DNA of 64,000 bases from Candidatus Limnocylindrales bacterium (GCA_038245515.1 JBBRSJ010000017.1:3446-67445), one strand, 5' to 3'; counted from the first letter of the stretch, positions 48,727-57,900 are shown. Translations and numbers: made by a program. Notes: generated by a model not told the origin, from the letters alone.

Positions 48727-49204
48727 GGGAAACGGGCGCTCCACGGTTGGGGATGTCCAAGCCATCCTACCCCGCGAGCGCGCGCCGCTGACTCGCTCGG
48801 GATGCTTCGCCGCGACGATCAGGGCGTGCTGTGCCCCGAGCGACAACGTGACGAGGACGGCCTGATCGGTCCGGTTCGCATCGAGGACGGCCAGGATGTC
48901 GGCGGCGAACTCGTCCGCGCGGTAGGCGCGGTCCGTCGCCGGCCGATCCGAGCCACCGCTGCCGCGCGGGTCGAAGGCGATGACCCGGCCATGCCGCGCC
49001 AGACCGGGGATCCTTTTCACATCCGGGAATGGACGATGTGCCAGGTCGGGACAGCACGATCGTCGGCTCGCCCGTGCCATAGACCTCGTAGAAGATCCGG
49101 ACGCCGTCGCGCTCGGCGAACCGCTCGATGTCCGGGTAGCGGGCCCGGGACTGCTCGGCGCCGCGGGCCGGCGCAGGGCCGTCAGGGCCGGCGGGAGTCG
49201 CCAT
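48727..49204 (-). pseudogene. Alpha/beta-hydrolase remnant: frameshifted near 49051 and lacking the C-terminal half
   Basis: One frame reads MATPAG...RDGVRIFYEVYGTGEPTIVL. The sequence continues one frame over as PDLAHRPFPDVKRIPGLARHGRVIAFDPRGSGGSDRP...VLVTLSLGAQHALIVAAKHPERV. It then runs into the FNR promoter and start, and no Asp/His catalytic half is present. Confidence 0.6.
48764..48769 (-). promoter_or_regulatory. -10-like TAGGAT 37 nt upstream of the FNR ATG
   Basis: The minus strand reads GTAGGATGG...GTGGAGCGCCCGTTTCCC-ATG. Confidence 0.35.
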
Positions 49205-49616
49205 CCGTCCACGTCCAGAGGGTGTTGACGATCCGCCAGCCCTCGGGTGTTCGGGCGAGGTGGACGTACTCACGATAGAGAGCCGAATTGACCCGGGCGG
49301 TCGCGATCGAGTCGTGGACCTCGTCGACCACGATCGTCAGGCCCCGGCCGGTCCTTGCGTCGTCGACGCCTTCGCCCGCCGCAGTCCAGCCGATCATCTG
49401 GTCGGCGGTCACGGGCCTGATCGCCAGGGGCCCGCCGTCCCGGCCGATGACGTGTGACCGCTTGGCCAGGTCGGGATGAAGGGCCCGGCGCATCCGCTCG
49501 GCATCCGCGTCGAACCAGCCGAGGAAGTAGTCCTCGATCGTCGCGGTCACCGCGGCCATCTCGTCATCGGGTGCCGACGCGGGACCTGAGGGCGCTGGGT
49601 CATCGCTCATCTCCAT
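49182..49616 (-). CDS. NTF2-like (SnoaL/lumazine-binding-like) small protein
   Basis: 144-aa ORF with IEDYFLGWFDADAERMRRALHPDL...ATARVNSALYREYVHLARTPEGWRIVNTLW. The fold is assigned by pattern only. Confidence 0.6.
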   Translation of the reverse strand: MEMSDDPAPSGPASAPDDEMAAVTATIEDYFLGWFDADAERMRRALHPDLAKRSHVIGRDGGPLAIRPVTADQMIGWTAAGEGVDDARTGRGLTIVVDEVHDSIATARVNSALYREYVHLARTPEGWRIVNTLWTWTDGDSRRP

Positions 49617-50241
49617 TGGCCGCGGTGATCCGCTGGAGCACGACGCCGACCTTGCGCAGGGCCGCCCGTGTCGGCAGCAGCTCCTCCGTGACGCCGGCGA
49701 GGATCACCGACTCGGCGCCGAGGAACGGCAGCGCCATCAGGGCCGCGATCTCCTCCGGAGTAAAGGGTCCGAGGTCGCCGCCGCGCTTCGCCTCGCTCCG
49801 GGCGACGTCGGCGAGGAGCCGGTGCCAGCCGGCGATCAGGCTCCGCACCTCGGCTGCGACCTCCGGCTCGGACCACGACGCCGCGATCATCTCCTGGAGG
49901 ATCCGGACGTAGCCCGACGCGAGATCGACCTCGAGGAAGTCGCAGGCGCGGTTCCAACGGACCCAGAGCGGCTCGGGCCCGGCATACATCTGGGCCTGGC
50001 GTTCGAGCAGCCGGACGTTCTGGGCGGCGAGCACAGCCAGGATCAGCTGCTGCTTCGAGCCGAAGTGGTAGTGGATCTGGCTGAGGGGCACACCGGCGGC
50101 CTCCGCGACGCGGCGGGTCGACAGGCGGGCGTAGCCGTCCGCCAGCAGGCACGAGCGGGCGGCCTCGAGGATCGCGTCGTGGGCGCTGACGCTCGGCGCG
50201 GGCGCCGGCGCATGGTCGGGCGTGATCGCGTCGACGGTCAT
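49600..50241 (-). CDS. TetR family transcriptional regulator
   Basis: N-terminal HTH ILEAARSCLLADGYARLSTRRVAEAAGVPLSQIHYHFGSK. GGAGGA lies 3 nt upstream. Confidence 0.88.
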   Translation of the reverse strand: MTVDAITPDHAPAPAPSVSAHDAILEAARSCLLADGYARLSTRRVAEAAGVPLSQIHYHFGSKQQLILAVLAAQNVRLLERQAQMYAGPEPLWVRWNRACDFLEVDLASGYVRILQEMIAASWSEPEVAAEVRSLIAGWHRLLADVARSEAKRGGDLGPFTPEEIAALMALPFLGAESVILAGVTEELLPTRAALRKVGVVLQRITAANGDER

Positions 50242-50270
50242 GGATCCTCCATGGTCTGTGCTCCGGGCCG

Positions 50271-50288
50271 GTCGGTCGCTCGACCGAC
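50271..50288. promoter_or_regulatory. 18-bp perfect palindrome GTCGGTCG-CT-CGACCGAC, candidate TetR operator
   Basis: About 30 nt upstream of the tetR ATG, in the tetR/ppdK divergent spacer. Confidence 0.45.
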
Positions 50289-50367
50289 ATCATCGCCGAA
50301 GAGAGCGCCGCGTCAAGCCCTGCGATCGCGGCACCATTCGGCAACCGAGCCCGTGAGGGGCCGCGGG

Positions 50368-50373
50368 TACAAT
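50368..50373 (+). promoter_or_regulatory. -10-like TACAAT upstream of ppdK
   Basis: GGGTACAATTG lies in an otherwise GC-rich spacer. It gives a ~60-nt leader with CGAGGAG before ATG 50439. Confidence 0.4.
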
Positions 50374-50400
50374 TGCAACTTCACACGACCTGCTTCCACG

Positions 50401-50414
50401 CCGTCGACCGACGG
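50401..50414. promoter_or_regulatory. Second GTCG-N2-CGAC palindrome (CCGTCG-AC-CGACGG) in the ppdK leader
   Basis: It shares the GTCG-NN-CGAC core with the palindrome at 50271-50288. Confidence 0.3.
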
Positions 50415-50438
50415 CGTCACGACCCGAGGAGCCGCCCG

Positions 50439-53228
50439 ATGGCCACGACCGCCCCGACTGCGACCGACCGAACGCATCAGGCGTCCAAGCGCTACATCTA
50501 CGCCTGGGGCGAGGGCACGGCCGAGGGCAACGGCTCGATGAAGGACCTGCTCGGCGGCAAGGGCGCCGGGCTCGCCGAGATGACGATCGCGGGTCTCCCG
50601 ACGCCTCCCGGCTTCACGATCACGACCGAAGCCTGCAACGACTACTTCGGCGCGGGCGAGATGCTGCCCGACGGCCTGTGGGCGGACGTGCAGGAGGCGA
50701 TGCGCGAGGTCGAGCGGCGCTCCGGCAAGGGTTTCGGCGATGCGAAGAACCCGCTCCTCGTCAGCGTCCGCTCCGGCGCCAAGTTCTCGATGCCCGGGAT
50801 GATGGACACCGTCCTCAATCTCGGATTGAACGAGGAGACGCTCCAGGGCCTGATCGCCCTCACCGGCAACGAGCGCTTCGGCTGGGACGCCTACCGCCGG
50901 TTCATCGCGATGTTCGGACGGATCGTGATGGACGTGAAGGCCGAGCGCTTCGACGCCCCACTCGAGGCGCGTAAGGAGGCCCACGGCCACGGCGCGAAGG
51001 ACACCGACCTGACCGTCGACGATCTCAGGGCGCTCGTCGACGAGTACCAGAAGATCGTCCGTGCTGACACTGGCCGCGACTTCCCGACCGACCCGAACGA
51101 GCAGCTGGACCTCGCGATCAAGGCCGTGTTCGCCTCGTGGTTCGGAAAGCGCGCCCGGGACTACCGCGAGAGCCAGAAGATCCCGCACGACCTCGGGACC
51201 GCGGTCAACGTCGTGACGATGGTCTTCGGCAACATGGGCGACGACTCGGGCACTGGCGTTGCCTTCACCCGCGACCCGAACACCGGAGAGCGGACGCTCT
51301 ACGGCGAGTACCTGACGAACGCCCAGGGCGAGGACGTGGTGGCCGGCGTCCGGACCGCGCCGAAGATCGCCCAGATGGCGACCGACATGCCCGCCGTCTT
51401 CGACGAGTTCCAGCGGATCGGACAGCAGCTCGAGACCCACTACCGTGACGTCCAGGACCTCGAGTTCACGATCGAGCGGGGCAAGCTCTACATGCTGCAG
51501 ACCCGCTCGGCCAAGCGGACGGCCGCGGCCGCGGTGAAGATCGCGGTCGACATGGTCGCCGACGGGATGATCACCAAGGAGGAGGCGGTCGGCCGGATCG
51601 AGACCGCCCAGGTCGACCAGCTCCTCCGGGCCCAGTTCGACCCGGAAGCGCGCAAGAAGGCCCAGCGGATCGCGAAGGGCCTCAACGCCTCACCGGGCGC
51701 CGCGGTTGGCAAGGCCGTCTTCGACGCCGACGTGGCGGTCGAGTGGGTGGGCCGGGGCGAGAAGGTCGTCCTCGTCCGGATCGAGACCTCGCCCGACGAC
51801 TTCCACGGGATGGCCGTCGCCCAGGGAATCCTGACCGCCCGCGGCGGCGCCACGTCGCACGCCGCGGTCGTCGCCCGCCAGATCGGCAAGCCGTGCGTCG
51901 CCGGCTGCGCGGAGCTGCTCGTCGACTACGGCTCGAAGAGCGCCCGCTCGACCGACAGCGGCCTGAGCTTCAAGGAAGGCGACTGGATCAGCGTCGACGG
52001 CTCGACCGGCGAGGTCTTCGTCGGCGCGATCCCGACCGTCGAGGCCCGCTTCGAGGACCAGCCCGAGCTCCAGACGATCCTCGGCTGGGCCGACGAGTTC
52101 AGCCGGATGGCCGTCTGGACGAACGCCGACAAGCCCGAGGAGGCGGCCCAGGCGCGGAGCTACGGAGCCCGCGGCATCGGCCTGTGCCGGACCGAGCACA
52201 TGTTCCGCGAGGGCGAGCGCCTGGAGATCGTGCGCGGAGCAATCCTCGTCGCGAGCGTGGCGACTCGGGCGAAGGCGAAGCGCGACGCGGGCAGCGAACT
52301 GACGGCCGACGAGCGCGACGCGATCGCGACCTTCGACGCCGCGATGGCCAAGCTCGAGGTCCTCCAGCAGGGCGACTTCGAGGGCATCTTCAGGGCGATG
52401 GACGGGCTGCCGGTCGTCGTCCGCCTCATCGACCCGCCCCTCCATGAGTTCCTGCCGAACCTCGAGGAGCAGCTCGTCAAGGTCACCCGCGCGGAGCTCC
52501 AGGGCGGCGCTTCCGAGGAGGACAAGGAGCTCCTCGCGACAATCCGGAGCCTCCACGAGCAGAACCCGATGCTCGGGCTGCGTGGCTGTCGTCTCGGGCT
52601 GATGATCCCGGACTTCGTGAAGATCCAGACTCGTGCGATCCTCAACGCCCAGATCGCGGTCAAGAAGGCCGGCGGCCACCCGATCGCGAAGATCATGATC
52701 CCGCTCGTCGGCCACGTGAACGAGCTGGCCGCGACACGGGCGCTTCTCGAGAAGGAGGCAACGGCGGTCCGCGAGGCGAATGGTGGCATCGTCGTCGACT
52801 ACAAGTTCGGGACGATGATCGAGGTCCCGCGCGGCGCCCTGACCGCCGACGAGATCGCGACCGAGGCCGACTTCTTCAGCTTCGGCACGAACGACCTGAC
52901 CCAGATGACGTTCGGCTACAGCCGCGACGATGCGGAGGGCGGGTTCCTGCTCAAGTACGTCGAGGACGGGATCCTGCCGGTCAACCCGTTCCAGACCCTC
53001 GACGACGCGGTCGCCGGGCTGATGAAGACCGCGGTCGACAAGGGTCGCTCGACCAAGCCCGGCCTCGAGCTCGGGATCTGCGGCGAGCACGGCGGCGACC
53101 CGGATTCGATCCACAAGTGCGAGAAGATCGGGCTCGACTACGTGTCCTGCTCGCCGTACCGCGTCCCGGTCGCTCGGCTCGCTGCCGCGCAGGCTGCGAT
53201 GGCGAACGCCGCCGAGCGCGACAAGTAG
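50439..53228 (+). CDS. ppdK: Pyruvate, phosphate dikinase
   Basis: GGKGAGLAEM, GGATSHAAVVARQIGKPCV (phospho-His) and GLCRTEHMF motifs. The start is set at ATG 50439 after GAGGAG; the track ORF begins at 50373. Confidence 0.94.
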   Translation: MATTAPTATDRTHQASKRYIYAWGEGTAEGNGSMKDLLGGKGAGLAEMTIAGLPTPPGFTITTEACNDYFGAGEMLPDGLWADVQEAMREVERRSGKGFGDAKNPLLVSVRSGAKFSMPGMMDTVLNLGLNEETLQGLIALTGNERFGWDAYRRFIAMFGRIVMDVKAERFDAPLEARKEAHGHGAKDTDLTVDDLRALVDEYQKIVRADTGRDFPTDPNEQLDLAIKAVFASWFGKRARDYRESQKIPHDLGTAVNVVTMVFGNMGDDSGTGVAFTRDPNTGERTLYGEYLTNAQGEDVVAGVRTAPKIAQMATDMPAVFDEFQRIGQQLETHYRDVQDLEFTIERGKLYMLQTRSAKRTAAAAVKIAVDMVADGMITKEEAVGRIETAQVDQLLRAQFDPEARKKAQRIAKGLNASPGAAVGKAVFDADVAVEWVGRGEKVVLVRIETSPDDFHGMAVAQGILTARGGATSHAAVVARQIGKPCVAGCAELLVDYGSKSARSTDSGLSFKEGDWISVDGSTGEVFVGAIPTVEARFEDQPELQTILGWADEFSRMAVWTNADKPEEAAQARSYGARGIGLCRTEHMFREGERLEIVRGAILVASVATRAKAKRDAGSELTADERDAIATFDAAMAKLEVLQQGDFEGIFRAMDGLPVVVRLIDPPLHEFLPNLEEQLVKVTRAELQGGASEEDKELLATIRSLHEQNPMLGLRGCRLGLMIPDFVKIQTRAILNAQIAVKKAGGHPIAKIMIPLVGHVNELAATRALLEKEATAVREANGGIVVDYKFGTMIEVPRGALTADEIATEADFFSFGTNDLTQMTFGYSRDDAEGGFLLKYVEDGILPVNPFQTLDDAVAGLMKTAVDKGRSTKPGLELGICGEHGGDPDSIHKCEKIGLDYVSCSPYRVPVARLAAAQAAMANAAERDK

Positions 53229-53271
53229 CCCGTCCGGCGACGAACCCGTCTGCGACGATCCCCTCCGGCGG

Positions 53272-54567
53272 GTGATCGCGCCTCGAGCTCGCCGGCCGCG
53301 CTCCGGAGTGCGCCGGATCTTCCTCGACACCGCGCCGCTCCGGCGCGACCGCGACTTTCGCTGGTTGTGGGCTGGCCAGGCCGTCAGCGGAATCGGAAAC
53401 CAGATCACCCGCCTCGCCCTGCCGTACCAGGTTTACGCCCAGACCGGGTCGACCCTCGCGATCGCCGCTCTGACCCTCTGCCAGTTGGTCGCGCTGATCG
53501 TGTTCTCGCTCGGCGCGGGGTCCGTGGTCGACGCGGTCGACCGAAGGCGCCTCCTCATCCGGACCCAGCTCGGCCTGATGGCCTGCAGCGTCCTGTTCGT
53601 GATCTTTGCCCTCCAGCCGGGCGTGCCGCTCATCGCGCTGTTCGCGGTCGCCTTCGCCGCGGCCGCGCTGGGCTCCCTCGACCAGCCAGCCCGCTCGTCC
53701 TCGATCCCGCGCCTCGTGCCCCCCCAGCGACTGCCCGCGGCGATCGCCCTGAATCAGCTGAACTTCCAGCTGGCGTCGGTCGTCGGGCCGACCGTCGCGG
53801 GTGTCCTGATCGCCACGGTCGGGTTGCCGATCGCCTATGTCGTCGACGTCGCCACCTTCAGCGCCTCGCTCGTTGCCCTGGTGGCGATCGCGCCGCTGCC
53901 GCCGATGGCCGGCGCGGCCCGGCCGGGTCTGGCGGCCGTCCGCGAGGGCATTCGCTTCGCGATGCGACGCCGGATCATCCTCTCGACCTACGTCATCGAC
54001 CTCAACGCGATGATCTTCGGGATGCCGGTCGCGCTCTTCCCGGCCCTCGCCCTGGACGTGTTCCACGCCGGCCCGCAGGGTCTTGGGCTGCTCGCGGCCG
54101 CGCCGTCGGGCGGGGCGCTGCTCGGCGCGCTCCTCTCGGGCTGGGTGTCGCGGATCCGAAGGGCGGGGCTGGCGGTGGTCGTGTCGGTGGCGATCTGGGG
54201 CGCGGCGATCACCCTGTTCGGGCTGGCCGAGTTCTCGTTCCCGCTCGCCCTTGCCTGTCTCGCGGTCGCCGGCGCCGCGGACGTCATCTCGGCGGTGTTC
54301 CGGGCGACGATCGTCCAGCTGGCCGCGCCTGACCAGCTCCGCGGCCGGATCTCGTCGATCAACATGCTGGTCGTCGTCGGCGGGCCGCGTCTCGGCGACA
54401 TCGAGGCGGCAGGCGTCGCCTCGGTCGTCGGCGCTCAGGCATCGGTGATCAGTGGCGGCGTCCTGTGCCTGATCGGACTGATCGGGGTCGTCCGGGCCTT
54501 CCCCGAGCTTGTCCACCACATCCTGCCGGACCAGGCGGTCGTGGCTCCCGAGCGCGAGGGCGCCTAG
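53272..54567 (+). CDS. MFS transporter
   Basis: 431-aa ORF with ~12 TM helices. N-terminal FRWLWAGQAVSGIGNQITRLALP resembles EntS/MFS_3-type exporters. The start is uncertain. Confidence 0.82.
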   Translation: MIAPRARRPRSGVRRIFLDTAPLRRDRDFRWLWAGQAVSGIGNQITRLALPYQVYAQTGSTLAIAALTLCQLVALIVFSLGAGSVVDAVDRRRLLIRTQLGLMACSVLFVIFALQPGVPLIALFAVAFAAAALGSLDQPARSSSIPRLVPPQRLPAAIALNQLNFQLASVVGPTVAGVLIATVGLPIAYVVDVATFSASLVALVAIAPLPPMAGAARPGLAAVREGIRFAMRRRIILSTYVIDLNAMIFGMPVALFPALALDVFHAGPQGLGLLAAAPSGGALLGALLSGWVSRIRRAGLAVVVSVAIWGAAITLFGLAEFSFPLALACLAVAGAADVISAVFRATIVQLAAPDQLRGRISSINMLVVVGGPRLGDIEAAGVASVVGAQASVISGGVLCLIGLIGVVRAFPELVHHILPDQAVVAPEREGA

Positions 54568-56339
54568 ACCTCACCCGTCGACGCGCCACGATCCTCCGCC
54601 GCCAGATAGGGCACGTAGTCGGGCCACCACATCGCCGCGTCGATTACCGCTTCGAGGTCGGCGTCATCGCCCAGCCCCGCCAGTCCGTCCTCGCGTGCCG
54701 CGGTCGCGACGGCGAGGGCGATCGCCCGCGTGACCGACCGCAGACGGTCGACGGGCGGGTAGATCACGCCCGCCGCGAGGCGGTCGTCGTCGACCTGGGC
54801 GGCCAGCGTCCGGGCCGCGACGAGGAAGAATCGGTCCGGCATCGTCCGCGCCTCGGCGACGATCGCCCCGAGCCCGAGTCCCGGGAAGACGAAGACGTTG
54901 TTGGCCTGGCCGATCTCGCGCCGGGTGCCGCCGACCTCGACCGGCGGGAACGGCGAGCCCGTCGCCACAATGGCGCGGCCGCCCGACCAACGGAGGACGT
55001 CGGCCGGGGCCGCCTCGGAGGCGGCGGTCGGGTTCGAGAGGGGCATGACGACCGGGCGCCGGGCGCCCTCGGCCAGCGCGCCGATCAGCGCCTCGTCGAA
55101 GGCGCCCGGCTTGCCCGTCGCCCCGATGAGGATCGTGGGCCGGAGGACCCGGACGACCTCGAGCAGGCTCGGCGGCGCGTCGTCGGGGCCGATGGTCCCA
55201 TCGGCGCGAACGGCGAACCCATCCACGGCGAGGCGGCGGGCGGGCCAGCAGACCTCGACCTTGTCGCCTGCGAGGTCGCCCCGGCCGTCGTGGACGAGGC
55301 CGCGCGAATCGACGACCGCGATGGCGGCCGCCGCAGCCTCGCGCGTCGCACCGTCGTCGAGCAGCGCCAGCCGGATGAGGCGGGCGATCCCGATCCCGGC
55401 CGCGCCGGCGCCGGCGATCACGACCCGCTGGTCGACCAGGCGCTCCCCGAGCATCCGCATCGCCGCGAGAAGCCCGCTGACCACGGTCGCGGCCGTGCCC
55501 TGGATGTCGTCGTTGAACGAGCAGACGCGGTCGCGGTAGCGATCGAGCAGGCGCAGGGCGTTGTGCTGCTTGAAATCCTCCCACTGGATGACACATCCCG
55601 GCCAGCGTTCCGCCACCGCGACGACGAACTCTTCCACGAGCCGGTCGTAGGCCGCGCCGCGGAGCCGCGGCTCGCGATGGCCGAGGTAGAGCGGGTCGGC
55701 GAGGAGAAACGGGTTGTCCGTCCCGACGTCGAGCGAGACGGGCAGGGTCAGCGCCGGATGGATTCCCGAGGCCGCGGTGTACAGGGCCAGCTTGCCGATC
55801 GGGATCGCCATGCCGCCGGCGCCCTGGTCGCCGAGCCCGAGGATCCGCTCGTTGTCGGTGACGACGATCAGCCGGACGTCGTCGTACGGGCTGTGGCGGA
55901 GCAGTTTCGGGATCCGGTCGGCGTCCTCGGGGGTGATCCACAGGCCGCGCGTCCGGCGGTTGATGTGGCTCCACTCCTGGCACGCGCGGCCGACCGTCGG
56001 GGTGTAAACGACGGGCAGGAACTCCTCGGCATGCTCGGCCAGGAGGCGGTAGAAGAGCGTCGCGTTACGGTCCTGGAGAGCCGACAGGCCGATGTACTGC
56101 TCGAGCGGGTCGTCCTTGCGCCTGAGGTGCTCGAGCTCGAGCTCGACCTGGTCCTCGATCGTCAGGACGCGATCCGGGAGGAGCCCCGAGAGCCCGAATG
56201 CCTCGCGCTCCTCGGCCGGAAAGGCGAGGTCCTTCGTCAGCAGGCGTGCGCCGAGGAGCGCCGATGCGCGCAGGCCGATCCGGGCCGGCCGGCCGGCCGT
56301 GATGTCGTCGAAGGGCGAGGGCAGGGGTCGCATTCGCAT
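54564..56339 (-). CDS. maeA: NAD-dependent malic enzyme (large SfcA/MaeA type)
   Basis: VVYTPTVGRACQ, VVTDNERILGLGDQGAGGMAIPIGKL, FNDDIQGTAA and MPLSNPT motifs. Start ATG 56339 or ATG 56333. The track ORF extension to 56507 overlaps ndh and is not enzyme-like. Confidence 0.92.
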   Translation of the reverse strand: MRMRPLPSPFDDITAGRPARIGLRASALLGARLLTKDLAFPAEEREAFGLSGLLPDRVLTIEDQVELELEHLRRKDDPLEQYIGLSALQDRNATLFYRLLAEHAEEFLPVVYTPTVGRACQEWSHINRRTRGLWITPEDADRIPKLLRHSPYDDVRLIVVTDNERILGLGDQGAGGMAIPIGKLALYTAASGIHPALTLPVSLDVGTDNPFLLADPLYLGHREPRLRGAAYDRLVEEFVVAVAERWPGCVIQWEDFKQHNALRLLDRYRDRVCSFNDDIQGTAATVVSGLLAAMRMLGERLVDQRVVIAGAGAAGIGIARLIRLALLDDGATREAAAAAIAVVDSRGLVHDGRGDLAGDKVEVCWPARRLAVDGFAVRADGTIGPDDAPPSLLEVVRVLRPTILIGATGKPGAFDEALIGALAEGARRPVVMPLSNPTAASEAAPADVLRWSGGRAIVATGSPFPPVEVGGTRREIGQANNVFVFPGLGLGAIVAEARTMPDRFFLVAARTLAAQVDDDRLAAGVIYPPVDRLRSVTRAIALAVATAAREDGLAGLGDDADLEAVIDAAMWWPDYVPYLAAEDRGASTGEV

Positions 56340-56341
56340 TG

Positions 56342-56347
56342 AGTCTA
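56342..56347 (-). promoter_or_regulatory. -10-like TAGACT facing maeA
   Basis: The minus strand reads TAGACT-CA-ATG-CGA-ATG. The second ATG is 8 nt after the box. Confidence 0.4.
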
Positions 56348-56353
56348 TCGGGC

Positions 56354-56359
56354 TAGACT
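56354..56359 (+). promoter_or_regulatory. -10-like TAGACT, 9 nt upstream of the ndh ATG
   Basis: TAGACT-CGCGAGGAG-ATG. It mirrors the maeA-facing box and forms the palindrome GAGTCTA-N6-TAGACTC. Confidence 0.4.
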
Positions 56360-56368
56360 CGCGAGGAG

Positions 56369-57739
56369 ATGGATTCGACGAGCGACCGGTATCGGGTCCT
56401 GATCGTGGGTGGCGGATTCGGCGGCATGTACGCCGCGAAGGAGCTCGGCTGCGATGACCGGGTCGAGGTGACCCTCGTCGATCGGCGCAACCATTTCCTC
56501 TTCGCACCGCTGCTGTACCAGGTCGCGACCGGCGCGGTGTCGCCGGGCGATATCGCCCAGCCGCTCCGCTCGATCCTCCGTCGCCAGAAGAACACGACGG
56601 TCCTGCTCGGCGAGGCGGTCGTGCTCGATCCGGAGAAGCGCGAAGTCCGCCTGTCGGACGGCGGCCCGATCGGGTATGACACGCTGATCGTGGCGGCCGG
56701 TGCCCGGTTCTCGTACTTCGGCCACGATGACTGGGCTCGCCTCGCGCCCGGCCTGAAGTCGCTCGACGACGCCACCGAGATCCGGCGCCGGATCCTGATC
56801 GCCTTCGAGGCGGCCGAGCGCGAGCACGACCCGACCCGTCGCCGAGAATGGATGACGTTCGTGCTCATTGGCGGAGGACCGACCGGGGTTGAGCTGGCGG
56901 GCGCGCTCGGCGAGATCGCCCGCGACACGCTCCGCCGCGACTTCCGCTCGATCGACACCGCCGGCACCCGCATCCTCCTCGTCGAGGCGATGGACCGGAT
57001 CCTGCCGACGTATCCCCCGAAGCAGTCGGCGTCGGCCAAGCGCCAGCTCGAGCGGCTCGGGGCCACCGTTCGAACCGGCACGCGGGTCACCGCCGTCGGC
57101 GACAGCGGTGTCACCGTCGAGATGGCGGGTGGCCAGACCGAGCGGATTCCGGCGCGGACGGTCCTGTGGGCGGCCGGAATCCAGGTGAGTCCGTTCGTCG
57201 CCGCCGTCGCCGAGGCGACGGGCGCCCCGACCGACCGCAACGGCCGGATCCAGGTCGAGCCGGACCTGACGATCCCGGGCCACCCCGAGATCTTCGCGAT
57301 CGGCGACGCCGCGGTCCAGCCATGGAGGAAGGACCGCCCGGTGCCGGGTGTCGCACAGGGCGGGATCCAGGCCGGTCGCCACGCGGCGACGACGATCCGG
57401 CGCCGGCTGTCGGGCGAGCCGACGCCGCCGTTCCACTACTCGAACAAGGGCGACGTCGCGGTCATCGGCCGGCTCGCCGGCGTCACCGACATCCCGTGGA
57501 TGGGCCCGTTCGGTCGCCAGAGCGGGTTCTTCGCCTGGGCGCTCTGGCTGGCGATCCACATCGTCTACCTGATTGGATTCGCGAACCGGGTGGTGGTGAC
57601 CGTCCGCTGGGCGTGGAGCTTCCTCACCCACGGCCGCGGATCGCGCCTCATCACCGGGACCCCGCTCCTGCCCCCGATCACCGAACCGGAGCCGCCGGCC
57701 GCGAAGCCGCCACCGCACGGTCCGCCGGCCCCGGACTGA
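56369..57739 (+). CDS. ndh: Type II NADH dehydrogenase (NDH-2)
   Basis: VLIVGGGFGGMYAAKEL, a second GGGPTGVELAG fold, and a C-terminal membrane-anchor region. Confidence 0.9.
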   Translation: MDSTSDRYRVLIVGGGFGGMYAAKELGCDDRVEVTLVDRRNHFLFAPLLYQVATGAVSPGDIAQPLRSILRRQKNTTVLLGEAVVLDPEKREVRLSDGGPIGYDTLIVAAGARFSYFGHDDWARLAPGLKSLDDATEIRRRILIAFEAAEREHDPTRRREWMTFVLIGGGPTGVELAGALGEIARDTLRRDFRSIDTAGTRILLVEAMDRILPTYPPKQSASAKRQLERLGATVRTGTRVTAVGDSGVTVEMAGGQTERIPARTVLWAAGIQVSPFVAAVAEATGAPTDRNGRIQVEPDLTIPGHPEIFAIGDAAVQPWRKDRPVPGVAQGGIQAGRHAATTIRRRLSGEPTPPFHYSNKGDVAVIGRLAGVTDIPWMGPFGRQSGFFAWALWLAIHIVYLIGFANRVVVTVRWAWSFLTHGRGSRLITGTPLLPPITEPEPPAAKPPPHGPPAPD

Positions 57740-57858
57740 AACTCGCTGGGCCCGTGATCGTGGCCAGGATCACTCCCCGGCGAACCAGTGTGGCCGAGCC
57801 CCAGATCCGGCGTTGGGCGTCCGAACCGCTGCGCGGTCGGTGCTCGTTCATCGAGGAT

Positions 57859-57876
57859 TGATCGCCCGGGCGATCA
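57859..57876. terminator. Palindrome TGATCGCC-CG-GGCGATCA between convergent ndh and ADH
   Basis: Read directly from the sequence. Confidence 0.4.
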
Positions 57877-57900
57877 GCCAAGGCGCAGCCGGCCCGGCCT

